From contig OX597818.1 of NCBI GenBank assembly GCA_951406725.2, forward strand, positions 16,926,001 through 16,990,000: a DNA stretch of 64,000 nt, given 5' to 3'. This document shows, one piece after another, positions 1-13,289 of this stretch. Numbering within the stretch: position 1 is the first letter of the stretch; the number at the start of each line of letters is the position of its first letter. The notes below the pieces were generated by a model. It ran no database searches, was not told where the DNA came from, and saw only the letters and a program-made list of their open reading frames with translations. The position numbers and the translations under genes were made by a program. The DNA is from Octopus vulgaris (lineage: Eukaryota).

Positions 1-404
1 TCCCAACACCTAGAGCAAAGAAACTCACTGTAATTTGATAGGCCATGAAACTAAACACACTAGACTGTTCATTTTCAAAATCAATTGAAGTTATATGAAA
101 AAAAAAATACATGGGTGATAATTGTTCTCACATCAACAAATGTTCTTCTCTATGTGTGATGTACCAGTTAAAACAATCCTTTGCACTTCTTGTGTGGATG
201 ATCATTCTCAAACAATTTTCAGTTCCCTTTTTTTTATATTTATCATTTCTTGTGCTCCTTCAATCATTGGTATTGTTACCGCCTTCATATATACCACATT
301 TTTTCGATTTCAATGAGCAAATCTTTATATTTTCTGACCTTGTCAATTTCATTGAGTGTGTTTGTTTGTTGTTTCACTGTTTCATTTCACTACTAGAAGT
401 GCAG

Positions 405-437
<33 letters not shown>

Positions 438-462
438 ATTGTTATGTCTTGCCTTGGTACAG

Positions 463-583
463 GTTCAAATATACAAGAAGAGGTTGAGGAAGAGAAGGGT
501 AACATGACAGCTGTCATAGTAGCTGCAACCATGGTCCCTGTCATCGTCATACTTATTATTGTCTTGGTGACACTAAGTTTCCG
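463..583 (+). CDS. Ptp99A: RPTP exon 1 (in window): transmembrane helix [41 protein letters not shown]
   Basis: Acceptor tacAG|G, donor CG|GTGAGT; ~24-residue hydrophobic stretch; phase matches next exon. Confidence 0.85.
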
Positions 584-3500
584 GTGAGTACTACTGCTAC
601 TAACACTAATATTGTAACTGTTGGTTGTTCCTTTGGCATTTTAGGTGCAGATATGGCTGTATGGTTAAGACGTTTGTTTTGCAACCACATAGGTTCAGGT
701 TTAACCCTTTAGCATTTAAACTGGCCATATCTGGCCAAAATGTTCTTCCTGTTTTATGTTGAAAGTGGCCAGATGCAGCCTCTCACACCTACCCTACAAT
801 GTTAGTCCAAAACATATACAGTCAGTCAATCAAAATCTCAAAGCTGCAAGATAATGCAGGGTAAATTCAAAATAATGTGAATAAATAAGCATTACATTTG
901 ATAGAATAATTGGAATGCTAAAGAGTTAACCCATTCTGTGGCATAATGGACAAGTGTCTTCTACTACAGCCTTGAGTTAAAATTTAGTTGACGGAAACTA
1001 CCGCAGCTTGTCGTGTGTGTTATATGAATGAGCATAAATTTTGATATTCTGTGCTTATCACTACTTCAGTAAAACAATGGTGGTAGTAATATTTCTTTTC
1101 AACATTATGAATAATTGATTTGTGTTTTAAAAGATTTCTGGAATAGAATGAATTCTTGTTTGTAAAACAGGTACGGTTTGGTGATAGGAAAAGCATCTAA
1201 CCATAAAATCCTGCTTCAGATAGTGCCTTTCTAATCTCTGCTAGCATGGAAAATTGGACATTAAATGAATATAAATTTGTGTGTGTGTGTGCACGCATGT
1301 TTTATCATCATTTAATTTTGATGTCCCATGCTGTTATGGGTTTGATGAAACCAAGGATTGCATCACACCCTGTTATCTTCTTTGGTATGGTTTCTATGCT
1401 TGATGCCCTTCCTAATGCTAACCCCTTTACAGTATGGACTAGGTGCTTTGTTTCAAGCCACCAGCACTAGTGAGGTAACCATGCAGCTCACAAGACTATG
1501 AACCCCAAGGGAGTGTGGTTTTATGCTAGGAGATGAAGGGGTTAATGTATAACTTCAAAATTAATACTGCTTAGACAGCAGTGAGATTCATTTATATGCT
1601 GCATAAACAATATATCCCTACAGCTCAATGGTTTAACATGTTAAGCCCAATGATATGATATAAAGTGGCTTACTGAAAAACAAATAAGTGTCGGCATCTG
1701 CTGTAGAATAGAGCCTTAAGATGTCTGGTCCAACCCATACCAACATGGAAAAGGTGGACATAAAAACAAAAATGAGGAAAATGTCTATTGTTTCATTGGT
1801 CCATTTCACTGCTGGAAGTGCATATTTGTGTTGTGTTTGTCGTTGAAGTAAGCATATGCACATTAAGTATTTACAGAGTACGTTGGGTATATTTTGTAGC
1901 TCTTACACTAGTGGTATTACCTTGTATTCTGTAAGCTTAAATAGTCCTCACTAGTTTATGTTGCGTTCTTGTGCTCAAGAGTGAGTGATGACAGAAGAAT
2001 CAAGATGAGTGGGGGATTGGAGCATGATCATAGAGACAGTGAGACAGATACTAATGGAGATGGGCATGGTAAGAATGAGTGATGAATGTGAATAGCAAGT
2101 GGCTTGGGGGAAAGAGAGTGGTGAATGGAAATTCAAAAATGAAGATGGTAGAACATATGATGTACAAAAAGATATGATCCAATCCTTTATACATAACTCT
2201 TGTAATGAGCAAGAGAGATGATGATGATGATAGTAGAGGCACCCTTGTTAATGATGTAAATTAATGCATGAATGAAATCAACTGAATCATATTTATGTCT
2301 ACAATAAATATAAGCTACCTTATCATCTTGTCTGCCATGTTTGAACTAAACTTGAGTTATTTATATGAGTATCTGAAGAAACTTGGTTATATAAATATTT
2401 ACAGTAAATATGGATTACCTTGCATAGTTAGTGTCTGATAATTCATTTGTCTCAGGCAAAATCTTTAGGGAATTTAGCAACATTATTAAAATGAAAAGCA
2501 ATAGTTACATTAGTAGTAACATATCTAATCTACTTATTGAATCTCTTATTACTACTTAGGTAAACACAGTGAAGAAGTCTAATAACACCAAAACCTATCA
2601 AGAGTTGTTACTCATACTTACTAAAATGATTTTATTAATGAGCTAATTTTCTTTTTCTTCACAACATAAGTAATTGTAATAAGATCTATGATGCTCCCTT
2701 ACAGTGAACATGTTAGCTGTTGTCTCATAAAATGTTTGATGAACTTGTCTGATAATCTTATGTTTCTGTCGTAAAATATTTCAGAAACTTACATGTCTGA
2801 TGTAAAAGGCTTCATAAATAAACTCATCTAACATATGTAAAACATTTGAGCTCTTCTGTTATGTGAAATGTTTGATCAACTTATCTATCTGGTGTAAAAT
2901 GTTTGTTGTGAAAGATAAATTCTGTGAAATAACAAGGAACCTTTTTGTTATGCATTTCAGATCATTGACATGCCGGGAATATTATCAAGCAGCATATAAT
3001 TATTTGGCTGTTCCCAGCCACTCACAGTCATCACAGCCGACTGTCATCCCTATACCAGAAACCTATGGTATGTATCTCTTCACTCTTACTCTTTTAGTCC
3101 TCCACAACACCTTATCTATCACATCAACACACACACACACACACAAAATTGGCTATGTTCTGTTGTAGGTAGGATGTTTGCAATGTCAGGAAACTCTATT
3201 AATGTAATTGAATCTCTAGAGAGTTTTGGAATACTAAGGAATCTTGAAAGGAAGACAAATTGTTGAACAAGCTACCCTCATTTGAAGAGTTAATTGCTGT
3301 AGATGATAAAGTAAAGTAGATGTTGGGTGAAATCTCTCCTCCAATCTGGATAAGATGTTAAGACTTATCTAGGTTAACAGGAAAACTTAACCAGAATCAT
3401 TATTGCAGGAAATGCTCATATTATGTTGTCTTATATGTCAATCAAAATATCTTTGCATTAATTTACTAAAAGAAAACATAAAAGAATGATCTTACTCTTA

Positions 3501-6500
3501 CAGTAATATTATAATGTAAAGGGTAAAGACCACTTTCGGTCATGAATGACCATGGGATTGCACCTAGAAAGTTACCGTCCAAGGCGCAAGTTCAGACTAG
3601 ATTGTTTATGGTACACCGGCAGTCACTTATGCATACCAGCCTCCTCTCTCCACATCATTGATGTTATCCAAAGGAAAGGCAAAGGCCGATACAGCTTGGC
3701 ATTCCTACAGTTGAGTGATCTGGAGTAACATGAAAATAAAGTATCTCATGATTACAGTGTAGGTTCTTAGAATGTGACTCTTGTGTGTATTGATAGAACA
3801 TGTGGATACTATAGTAACTGCTCATGTTGTTGGGTATGGGTTGATGGAATATAACTTTTCGAATATGGGTTAGTTGAGTGCTAGAATATGGGTTAATAGA
3901 ATGGTAGCTGATAACAGCTGATAACAGTCAAACCCCACACCAGTTGCCCAAGATGCTATGCAACAAGATTAAACCTGAACCCACGTGGTTACAAAGTCAA
4001 CTTCTTAATCGCACAGCCATCAGTTGTGCTATATATTTTGAGAGGAACATTTTAGGAGATATTTCAGATGACTGTCATTATGGAGAGTGACATACATTAT
4101 ATTATTTAAGAAACTTTAGTTTCATTGGTAATATTACAAAATAATTTACCAAATTTACACACAAAAAGACAATTTTGGTTTCTACACCCCATATAACCCC
4201 TCTTAACTATATATTTTGCAATTTTCAGAAAATTTTTATGAACTTTTGTACCATACACAGAAATTCATAGGATTATGAAAAAAAAATTTTTTTTATAAAC
4301 TAATAAATGAGGAAGGTATATGATGGTCGTGAATTGTGCTAAAATTAACAGCTAAATCATCTTCAAATAACACAAAAAATTTTGTCTTGCTTTTTTGTAT
4401 AATTGTGTGAATTCTCCATTTGTAGAACATAAATATGCAAAAGTTTTCTGAAAATTGCAAAAAATAAAAAAAAAGTTATTGGTGCTTAAACCAGAATTGC
4501 ACCAAAAGAAAAAATTGCTAAAAAAAAGTGTCAAGGGTCACTCATTGATGAAACCTACTCCAGACAAGGCTTAGGTCTTTTTCCTTTTGCTTTAAGAGGC
4601 TTTGTTTGTTGAATCTTTCTGAAGCACTTATTTGTTGTTAACCCTTTTATTCTTCTTTGTTTTGCAGAAGAGGCTGACTACCCTTCTATAGCAGTACGGG
4701 ATTTTATTGCTCACGTGGAAATGTTACATGCTGATAGTGACATTGGTTTCTCACAGCAATTTGATGTAAGTCACCCAGCTTTCCTACATTTTTTTGTCTT
4801 TGTTGGTAAAATTTTTCTAGCTATAAAACATCAGATTGGTCACCTTTTGCTTGTTGTACACCTAAAACAATATACTTTAGGACAGTTAGATGTATCCTTT
4901 GAGTAATATCTTCACTAGAATTCTTTAGTATGCAGGAGAGCTGGAGCATGAGTGATCTGAGGGAGTGAGTAGAGTTACAGGTATTAGCTGAGTAAAGGCG
5001 GCAAGCTGGCAGAAACGTTAGCACGCCAGGCGAAATGCGTAGCCGTATTTCGTCTGCCGTTACGTTCTGAGTTCAAATTCCACCGAGGTCAACTTTGCCT
5101 TTAATCCTTTCGGGGTTGATAAATTAAGTACCAGTTACACACTGAGGTTGATGTAATCGACTTAATCCGATTGTCTGTTCTTGTTTGTCTCCTTTGTGTT
5201 TAGCCCCTTGTGGGTAGTAAAGAAATAGGTATTAGCTGAGTATGAAGGTTAGGAAATTGTGCTGAGATGGAATTGATGCAAATGAATGATGAGCGCTGAG
5301 TGAAGAAGGCTCCTATGTTATCATTAGTGGAAGAAGAAAATATTGCTGAGGTCAGATCTCTCTCATAGAAGAGATGGTGAAGGCCAAGTGCTTGTAAGGA
5401 AAAATGTTTGGTAAAACAAAGTGAAAAAAATAATGACATTAACCTCCTTTAGCACTCAGATTACTCTGCCAAATCTAATGCTTATTTATTCACCTTGTTT
5501 TGATTTAATTATACATTGTCTTGTAGCTTCAGAATTTCGATGATATGACTGTTTATTTTTAGAATGACATTGTAGGGCAGATGTGTTAGAGGTCAGACCT
5601 TTGAACATAAATCCATAGAATATTTGGGCCAAATATGGCTGGTTTAAATATAAATTGATTCTGTATCAGAAAATATCAATAGCCTTCTTCTAAAATAATG
5701 TTGTTATAAAGGCGGAGGAGATAAGCTGGTGTTACATCTGATGAATTATAAATTTAACCTGGTTGGATATTTTACAGCTTTGGTGCAGTTTGATCTATAT
5801 ACATGTGGAAATATGTAATTAAGCATCTGGTTGTGTACATTTGTCTTTAATTTGTTTCAGTCATTAGACTGCAGCCATGCTGGAGCACTGCCTTGAAGAA
5901 TGGTTTGAATTGAGCTTTTTGAGGCAGTATTTTACAACACTGTTCTTTCTGATGCCAGCCCTTTTACCTACCTCTTATGCCATACAGGGATACAGATGGT
6001 GTACCTATTGCCAAAACCAGGATACCCATATACTGTATGGATTGATAGATTATGATTTATAGAGTATGACTTAAAGAGTAATGGTTGATAAAGTATGACT
6101 TCAGGAGTGTATTCCATTGACTCATAAAGCATGTATGAGTGCAGTCTAATGAAATTTTACACTACTAATTACATAAATTCCAATATATAAAATTAAGGAT
6201 TGGCTTAAAGATAACAATTTTACCACGGAAGCAGACATTGAAGAATAATGATAAATAAATGTGATACATCTGCTGATAGAGACCCATAGATAAGTTATGT
6301 ACTAAAAAAGAAATGAGCTTAGGAAATTGGGTGCAAATTAACATTAAAACTTGATCTAAGCTTGAAATTATATGTTAAATGGGTTAGCCATGCCAAAACT
6401 CTGTCTATTTGAATTTTGGCATTGTAAATAAATATATGCTGATATCATGTGCATAAGAAAAAAAGACTTCTGTGGTCTCTGGGCCAACCAAGTCTTTGTG

Positions 6501-9500
6501 AGTGGATTTGGTGGATGGAAGCTGAAAGAACCCCATTGTATGTATGCACGTGCATGTATGTAAGTGTATGTGTATTTGTGTCTCCTGTCTGGCCATGAGG
6601 ATACTGTGCTTGGAAGCACATAAGAGTTGACAACAGGAAGAGCATCTGGACATAGAAGATCTGCCTTAATAAACTTTGCCCAACCCATGCAGGCATGTGA
6701 AAGTGAACCTTAAAGCAATGATAATAATCAAATGTTTAGAAGCCAGTATATTACATATTTACAGAAAATCCACTATGGCTGAATCTAAACAAAAATTGTA
6801 TTCTTGTTTCTTCTACCGATTCAGTTGTGCCAAAAAAGCATTCCTGATCCCTGCTGAAGCTTTTTAACTATCCTCAACATGGCTTCTGTCCTGGAAGAAA
6901 CTCTCTGACATAGCTTCTTCAACATCAATCAAATTCTGAACCTGTCTCCTATCATGATCAAAGACTAGTCGTGCATACTTTGATTTTGCCAAAACCTTTG
7001 ACAAGGTGGACCATGGGATCTTATGCCACAAAGAAGAAAACACTGGTGCAACAATCTATAATTCACTGTAGAAATTTTAATGTTATAAAACCTCCTGTGA
7101 ATTGATAAAATATGATGGGAATTTCTTATTGAAAATATAGATTTCACAATAGACTCATGTGACTAGAACCATAGTATGTACTCTGAAGAGATGTGGAAAA
7201 TTATCACTTTTAGAAAAATGAAGTTAATCACTCCAAAGGTCCACTACCATCATCATCATCATCATCATACACCTGTTTTCTATACTGATATAGGTTTGAC
7301 AGATTGACAGCCCAAGTCAGTTCTTATTAGGCACCACTTGTAGAAGGATAGTAGGACCACACATTGCTCATGCATTCCATCTGCACCAAAACTGTAATTA
7401 GAAATACCATTTAGCTTAGCTCCAATTGTGTTTATTTATGCTATGGTGATATTTATACTGAGCAGTTTAATTTTTCTATGAATTTATTGTCTCATAATTT
7501 ATTTTCTCTTTTTTCTAGGACATAACTCAACGAACTCGGTGTGATCTAAAATCAGAGTTTTCTGCATTACAAGAGAACAAAATGAAGAATAGATATATCA
7601 ATATTGCTGCATGTAAGTAGCTGTAAACTATACCTTCTCCCTGATCTCTCTATACATAGTTATAAACTAATAGAACCTTTCTAGGCACTTATTTGATTTA
7701 GCATGGAATGTTAAACCCTGACCCCACTAACTTCTTTGTTATACTTTTTTTTATTTTAATCAGCTTTCAAATTTTTAGGTTTTGAACATCAGAATCTATA
7801 GGAAAATTTTTAAAGAATGCTTTTCTCCTGTATCAGAAACAAATTTGGGTTAGGGGATTTACAGCTGTAGTTCCTTATTTTTTTATATAAATATTTTTGT
7901 TTTGTCTTTCAAGTGCATAAACATATTTTGTTTTGCAGTTGTAATTACATTTCCATCCTTAATAACTTGATCGGGGGCAGTTTATCTATCTTTGCTTTGT
8001 GTTTCTTATACTTCATAAAATTGTGTCTGTCTTATAGCAGAAAATGCAAAATGTCATTTACATATCCAATATTGGACAATATGGGGGTAAGGGCCCAGAA
8101 TTTAATAGTTTCACTCTCTTCCATATTTTTTAATGCATTATATCTAGATCTTTATATCTCAGCAAATCAGCCTCTTCATCATCATCAACAATAGTGGAGG
8201 GTAAAAAAAGATAAAGTTACCTTCCCAAGCCATGCCAACTCATAAGGGATGGTTTCCTGATTTCCATGGTATATAAATTCTCCACCTGGATGGGATGCCA
8301 GTCCATCGCAGGATTACTCATTTTTGCCAGCTGAGTGGACTGGAGCAACATGAAATGAAGTATTTTGCTCAAGAATACAATACTTCGTCCAGTAATCAAA
8401 ACCACAATCTTATAATCACGAGTCCAACACGCCTAATCACTAAGCCAGTTTGGGGTTTACACCAGTGATTTTCAACCAGGGTCCATATGATCCCTGAGGG
8501 CCCATATAAGATTTTGTGGGGTCCTTGTCACAGAATAGTAAATTGGGGATCCACAAGTGTTTTAAGGGATCCTGAAAAAAAATTTTGCTTTAGATGTATG
8601 CATTGGTGTGTATTGCAAGAAACAGCTAGCTTTCTTTCTCTAACATTTTGCATAGTTCCAACTATGCAAGTTAATGTGTGAAAGCAAAATAGGAATTTTG
8701 ATAGAAATTTCTATAAAACTAGTTTTTAAACAGTGAATAGCTAGGGGTGGGGGTCCACCAGAATAAAATAGTAATCAAAGGGGTCCATAGATACAAAAAA
8801 AAAACAAATGGCTGAGAAACCCTGGTCTACACAATGCACTTTGTCACCTTCACCACCACTGCCTTCAGTATTACCACCATCATGGTTATTATTATCACCT
8901 CTGTAATTTAGGTAATGACAGTGGAACTGGATGTGGTTGTGCAATGTTAGACCAGCATTTAGGTACCATACCATTTGGAGTAGGTACTTTACTGTTCAGT
9001 ACTCAGAAGTTATCAGAACAAAAACTACCTTTCATATTTGTCTGAAGGTTTACAAATGAAAAAAAGAGAAAGCTCTTTCCTGAGACTCATAAGGCCAGTT
9101 TCTTGGATTCTGTAGTGTATATATTCCACCCAGGGTGGAATGCCAGTCTGTTGCAGAAATACTCATTTTTGACAGTTGAGTGTACATGAAGTGTTTTGCA
9201 CAAGAACAAATTGCATTTCCCAGTCCAGGAATCACAACTAACACCCCTGGGGTTAATCAATCATCAATACTCATTGCTTTTTTTTAAAACACCTTGTTCC
9301 TTGTTTAAAAAAAGACATCAACATCATTATTGCTTTTTTTTAATTGTGGTGGTTTTGAAGATCATGATGATGGTGGTTGTGGTAGTGATGATGTTGATGA
9401 TTATTATGACTGGCTTCCGTGCAGGTGGCATGCAAAAAGCACCAACCTGGCACCTGTGGCATGTAAAAAGCACCCACTACACTCACGGAGTGGTTGGCGT

Positions 9501-12352
9501 TAGGAAGGGCATCCAGCTGTAGAAATACTGCCAGATCAGACCGGAGCCTGGTGCAGCCTCCTAACCCTAAGCCAGATCCCAGTCAAACTGTCCAATCCAT
9601 GCTAATATGAAAACGGATGTTAAACGATGATGATGATGAAAGTGGTGAGCTGACAGAATCATTAGCATGCTGGGCAAAATGCTTAGTAGTATTTTGTCTG
9701 TCTGTATGCTCTGAGTTCAAGTTCCGCCGCAGTTGACTTTGCCCTTCATCCTTTTGGGGGTCGATAAATTAAGTACCAGTGAAACACTGGGGTCAGTGTA
9801 ATCAACTACTCTCTTTCTCATAAATTTCAGGCCTTGTGTCTTTAGTCGAAATAATTATGACTATTATTTAAAGTAGATATCTTCATAAAAGCTAAAAAGG
9901 GTTTAAATCAAAATGTTCCATCTTTAACAAAACCCCAAGCACTTCCTTCTTCAAGTATCACTCAAAATTGTTACCAACAACTATTAATTTTTATTTGTAT
10001 TCTTTCAGATGATCACACGAGATGTCAGTTGAAGCCAATAATGAGTAGGCAAAAACATTCTGATTACATAAATGCCAATTATGTTGATGTAAGTAGCATG
10101 ATATTTTAATTGCTCTTTAATGGTCATGATGTAAATACACATACACACACACACAACTTGCACTGGCTCTTATAACTGAGACATTCTAAACTTGAAGATA
10201 CTGGTTTATATAGCACCATTGATTACACATTTGTGGGCATAAGCCAACAATGGTGCCATTACTTGCTTTCATAATAGTGTATCACCTACCTTCTTACCAA
10301 AGAAGGACATATTAAAAATATAAGATGGTACTAAGTTTGCCTCCACAGGCCTGTGTTTCAGACATTGGAATGATGATGTTACAGCTAAACTATCGCTGCA
10401 CACAGGCACATGCGTGCGCATGCATGCACACTCACTCGCACACACAGACAAGTTGTCTTGTTGTTTCTATTGTATTACCTGTACTCTTCATGATACATAG
10501 AGTGCCTAGTAGTACCATTTGTTGTATGTTGTGTGGTTGTGTGTGTGGTAGTATATCAGTTATTGCTTTAAAAGCGGACTCATCATAAAAGATCAAGAGG
10601 AAGACCTCACTTTATGTACATCAACAAGCAGATACCAGTATGCCTGACTGGATGGATGAGTATGTCTCTCCTCCAGGCTGAGGGTTGGTGGGGGCTCAGA
10701 CATAACCCATCTCACTTCACCACACACCATGGTCTTGTTGCTGCTGTGCACTCCACCAGGATCCTATCTGTCCAGTCCTTGATATTTGCAAACCTGTTTT
10801 TTATCTAACTCCTGAGAATGAGTTTATGGCTTTTAGGCCCTGATAACTTGGCCAAAATATTACAGATTTTCCCCTTCTGACTACCATCACCAACTATTGT
10901 TCTTATTGTGTCATACTATACTAATCAAAAAGAGGATTGTGCTACAGTTGCTCGCAGTCCTTAAATAGCTTTGATAAGTTTATATACTAAGCTACAATAA
11001 CCTCCATAACAATTATTCTTTTGAACCTGAACTCACTTCATCTATTGTTCCTTGTTGTAAGTGACCCTCCTTTGTTGTTATTGGTCAACAATGCTACAAT
11101 TCTGTTCCTGCCTCCTCCTGGACTGAATTGTTCATTGTACGAGCAATCCACTAGATCCAAGTACTCATCTTGTACAAGACACTTAGATCATCATCAGTTA
11201 ATGTTCCTATTCCATACTGGCATGGGTTGATAGGATCTGATGAGTTCAAGGACTGCATCATGATACAATGTCTGCTTTGGCATGATTTCTACAGCTGGAT
11301 GCCCTTCCTCATGCCAACCACTTTACTGCTTCTAGCACTATTGAGATTGCCATGCAACTTGCAAGACAACAAACGGCTTGGGAAGTAGGAGTTCAGCTTT
11401 ACACTGGGATTGAGTTAGAAAATTTGCGTGCTGTAATGAACAGTTGTGCTTACTGGAGATCACTAGGAAGTATTTGAGTTCACTCATGTATTTATGCCCA
11501 CTTAAACATGGACCTTTTATTGAAGAAGTTATGTCAGAGAGTTTCTTCCATGTTGAGGATTGCTAAAAAGCTTCAGCAGGAACAAGGAATGCTTTTTTGG
11601 TACAACTGAATAAGTAGAAGAAACAAGAATATAATTTTAATTCAGACTCAGCCCTAACCATTTTAAAAGCTGGAAAAGTGGATTTTCCTATAAATATGTA
11701 ATATACTGGCTTCTAAACATTTGATTATTATCATTGCTTTAAGGTTCACTTTTCCATGCCTGCATGGGTTGGGCAGAGTTTATTGAGGCTGATTTTCTAT
11801 GTCCAGATGCTCTTCCTGTTGCCAACTCTTATGTGCTTCCAGTCACAGTATTTCCTCATGGCCTAACAAAAGACACAAATACATATACACTTACATACAT
11901 GCACATGCATACATACAATGGGGTTCTTTCAGCTTCCATCCACCAAATCCATTCACAAAGATTTGGTTGGCCCAGAGACCACAGAAGTCTTTTTTTCTTA
12001 TGCACATGATGCTGTCATCATATATTTATTTACAATGTCAATATTTAAATAGACTGAATTTTGACATGGCCAACCCATCTTACAAACTTTATTGAGGTAG
12101 ATACCTTGAGTAAAACTCTCATCATGGCTTTTTGATGTAAAATGCAATCTTGTTTATATCGCTAGTGTGGACATAAATCCCTGCCACCTCCAGCACTGAG
12201 ATCACCTGATCATGTGATTTCAACCTTTCTTGGTTTTGTCAATGATGGATGCTCAATCATTAGAGATAGCAGTAATTCATCTCCCCACCAGCAATATATA
12301 GAAAATCAGCACCAAAACGGGAACTGGTGTCGCAATTAGCTAGTGAGCTTGT

Positions 12353-12396
<44 letters not shown>

Positions 12397-13256
12397 TGAT
12401 GGAAGCAGTATTAATACTGAGGTAATATTTATACCCACTGAAATGTAGATGTTCTGTTAGAACAAGCTATACTGTGGTAGTTACCATGAGAGAAACTCTC
12501 ATATTGGCTTTTGGTGCAAAATTCACTCTTGTTTATATCGCTGTAAGGAGGAGGCAGAAGAGGAGAAGTGTATGTGTAAAACTCTTAGTCATGTGCTGTT
12601 TGTCTGCATCATTTTTAAAACCATTCCCATGGAGATCGTTTCTGTTTTCAGTTCTTACTTTCTGGTTATGTTCATTTCCAAATCTTTATATTTGAATTGT
12701 TTCTTCCTTTCTTTTAGAATTATTATTATTTCTTTGTCTCTGTTGCAGGGCTATAACAAGGCACGTGCCTACATTGCTACCCAGGGGCCATTACCACAAA
12801 CAGTCGATGACTTTTGGCGTATGGTCTGGGAACAAAACACTGCTGTGATTGTTATGATAACAAACTTAATGGAACGTGGAAGGGTAAGAATCTTTGATGT
12901 CCTTGCTAAAATACATACACTTTTCATGAGTATTGAGTCCTTATTTTCTCTGGTAAATTCAGTGTGTTATCCTTACATGTTATAGTGTGTGAGGAATTGG
13001 TTTTGTTGTGTTTTTACATGAATTTATCCTGTATTTGTTTGTCAGTCTTCTACTCTCAAATTTCCTTTTTTTCTCTGTATCTTACAAAATCAGTGAGTGA
13101 GTCCTCTTTGTGTGAGTGTTTGTATGTAGATATGTGTGTAGACCGACCACTATTTTCTTAATTGATTTTGCTTTTTTTTTTCCCTTCCTCAAGTTACTTT
13201 CAAATTCTTCAAGTGACTTAGTGTATTTTTTTAAGTATATATTTCCTAATTAATCA

Positions 13257-13289
<33 letters not shown>

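Noticed and set aside
111-462. N-terminal part of the 158-aa ORF with poly-Ile
   Set aside because: Intronic; poly-Ile comes from an (ATT)n microsatellite, and only 463-583 is bounded by splice sites.
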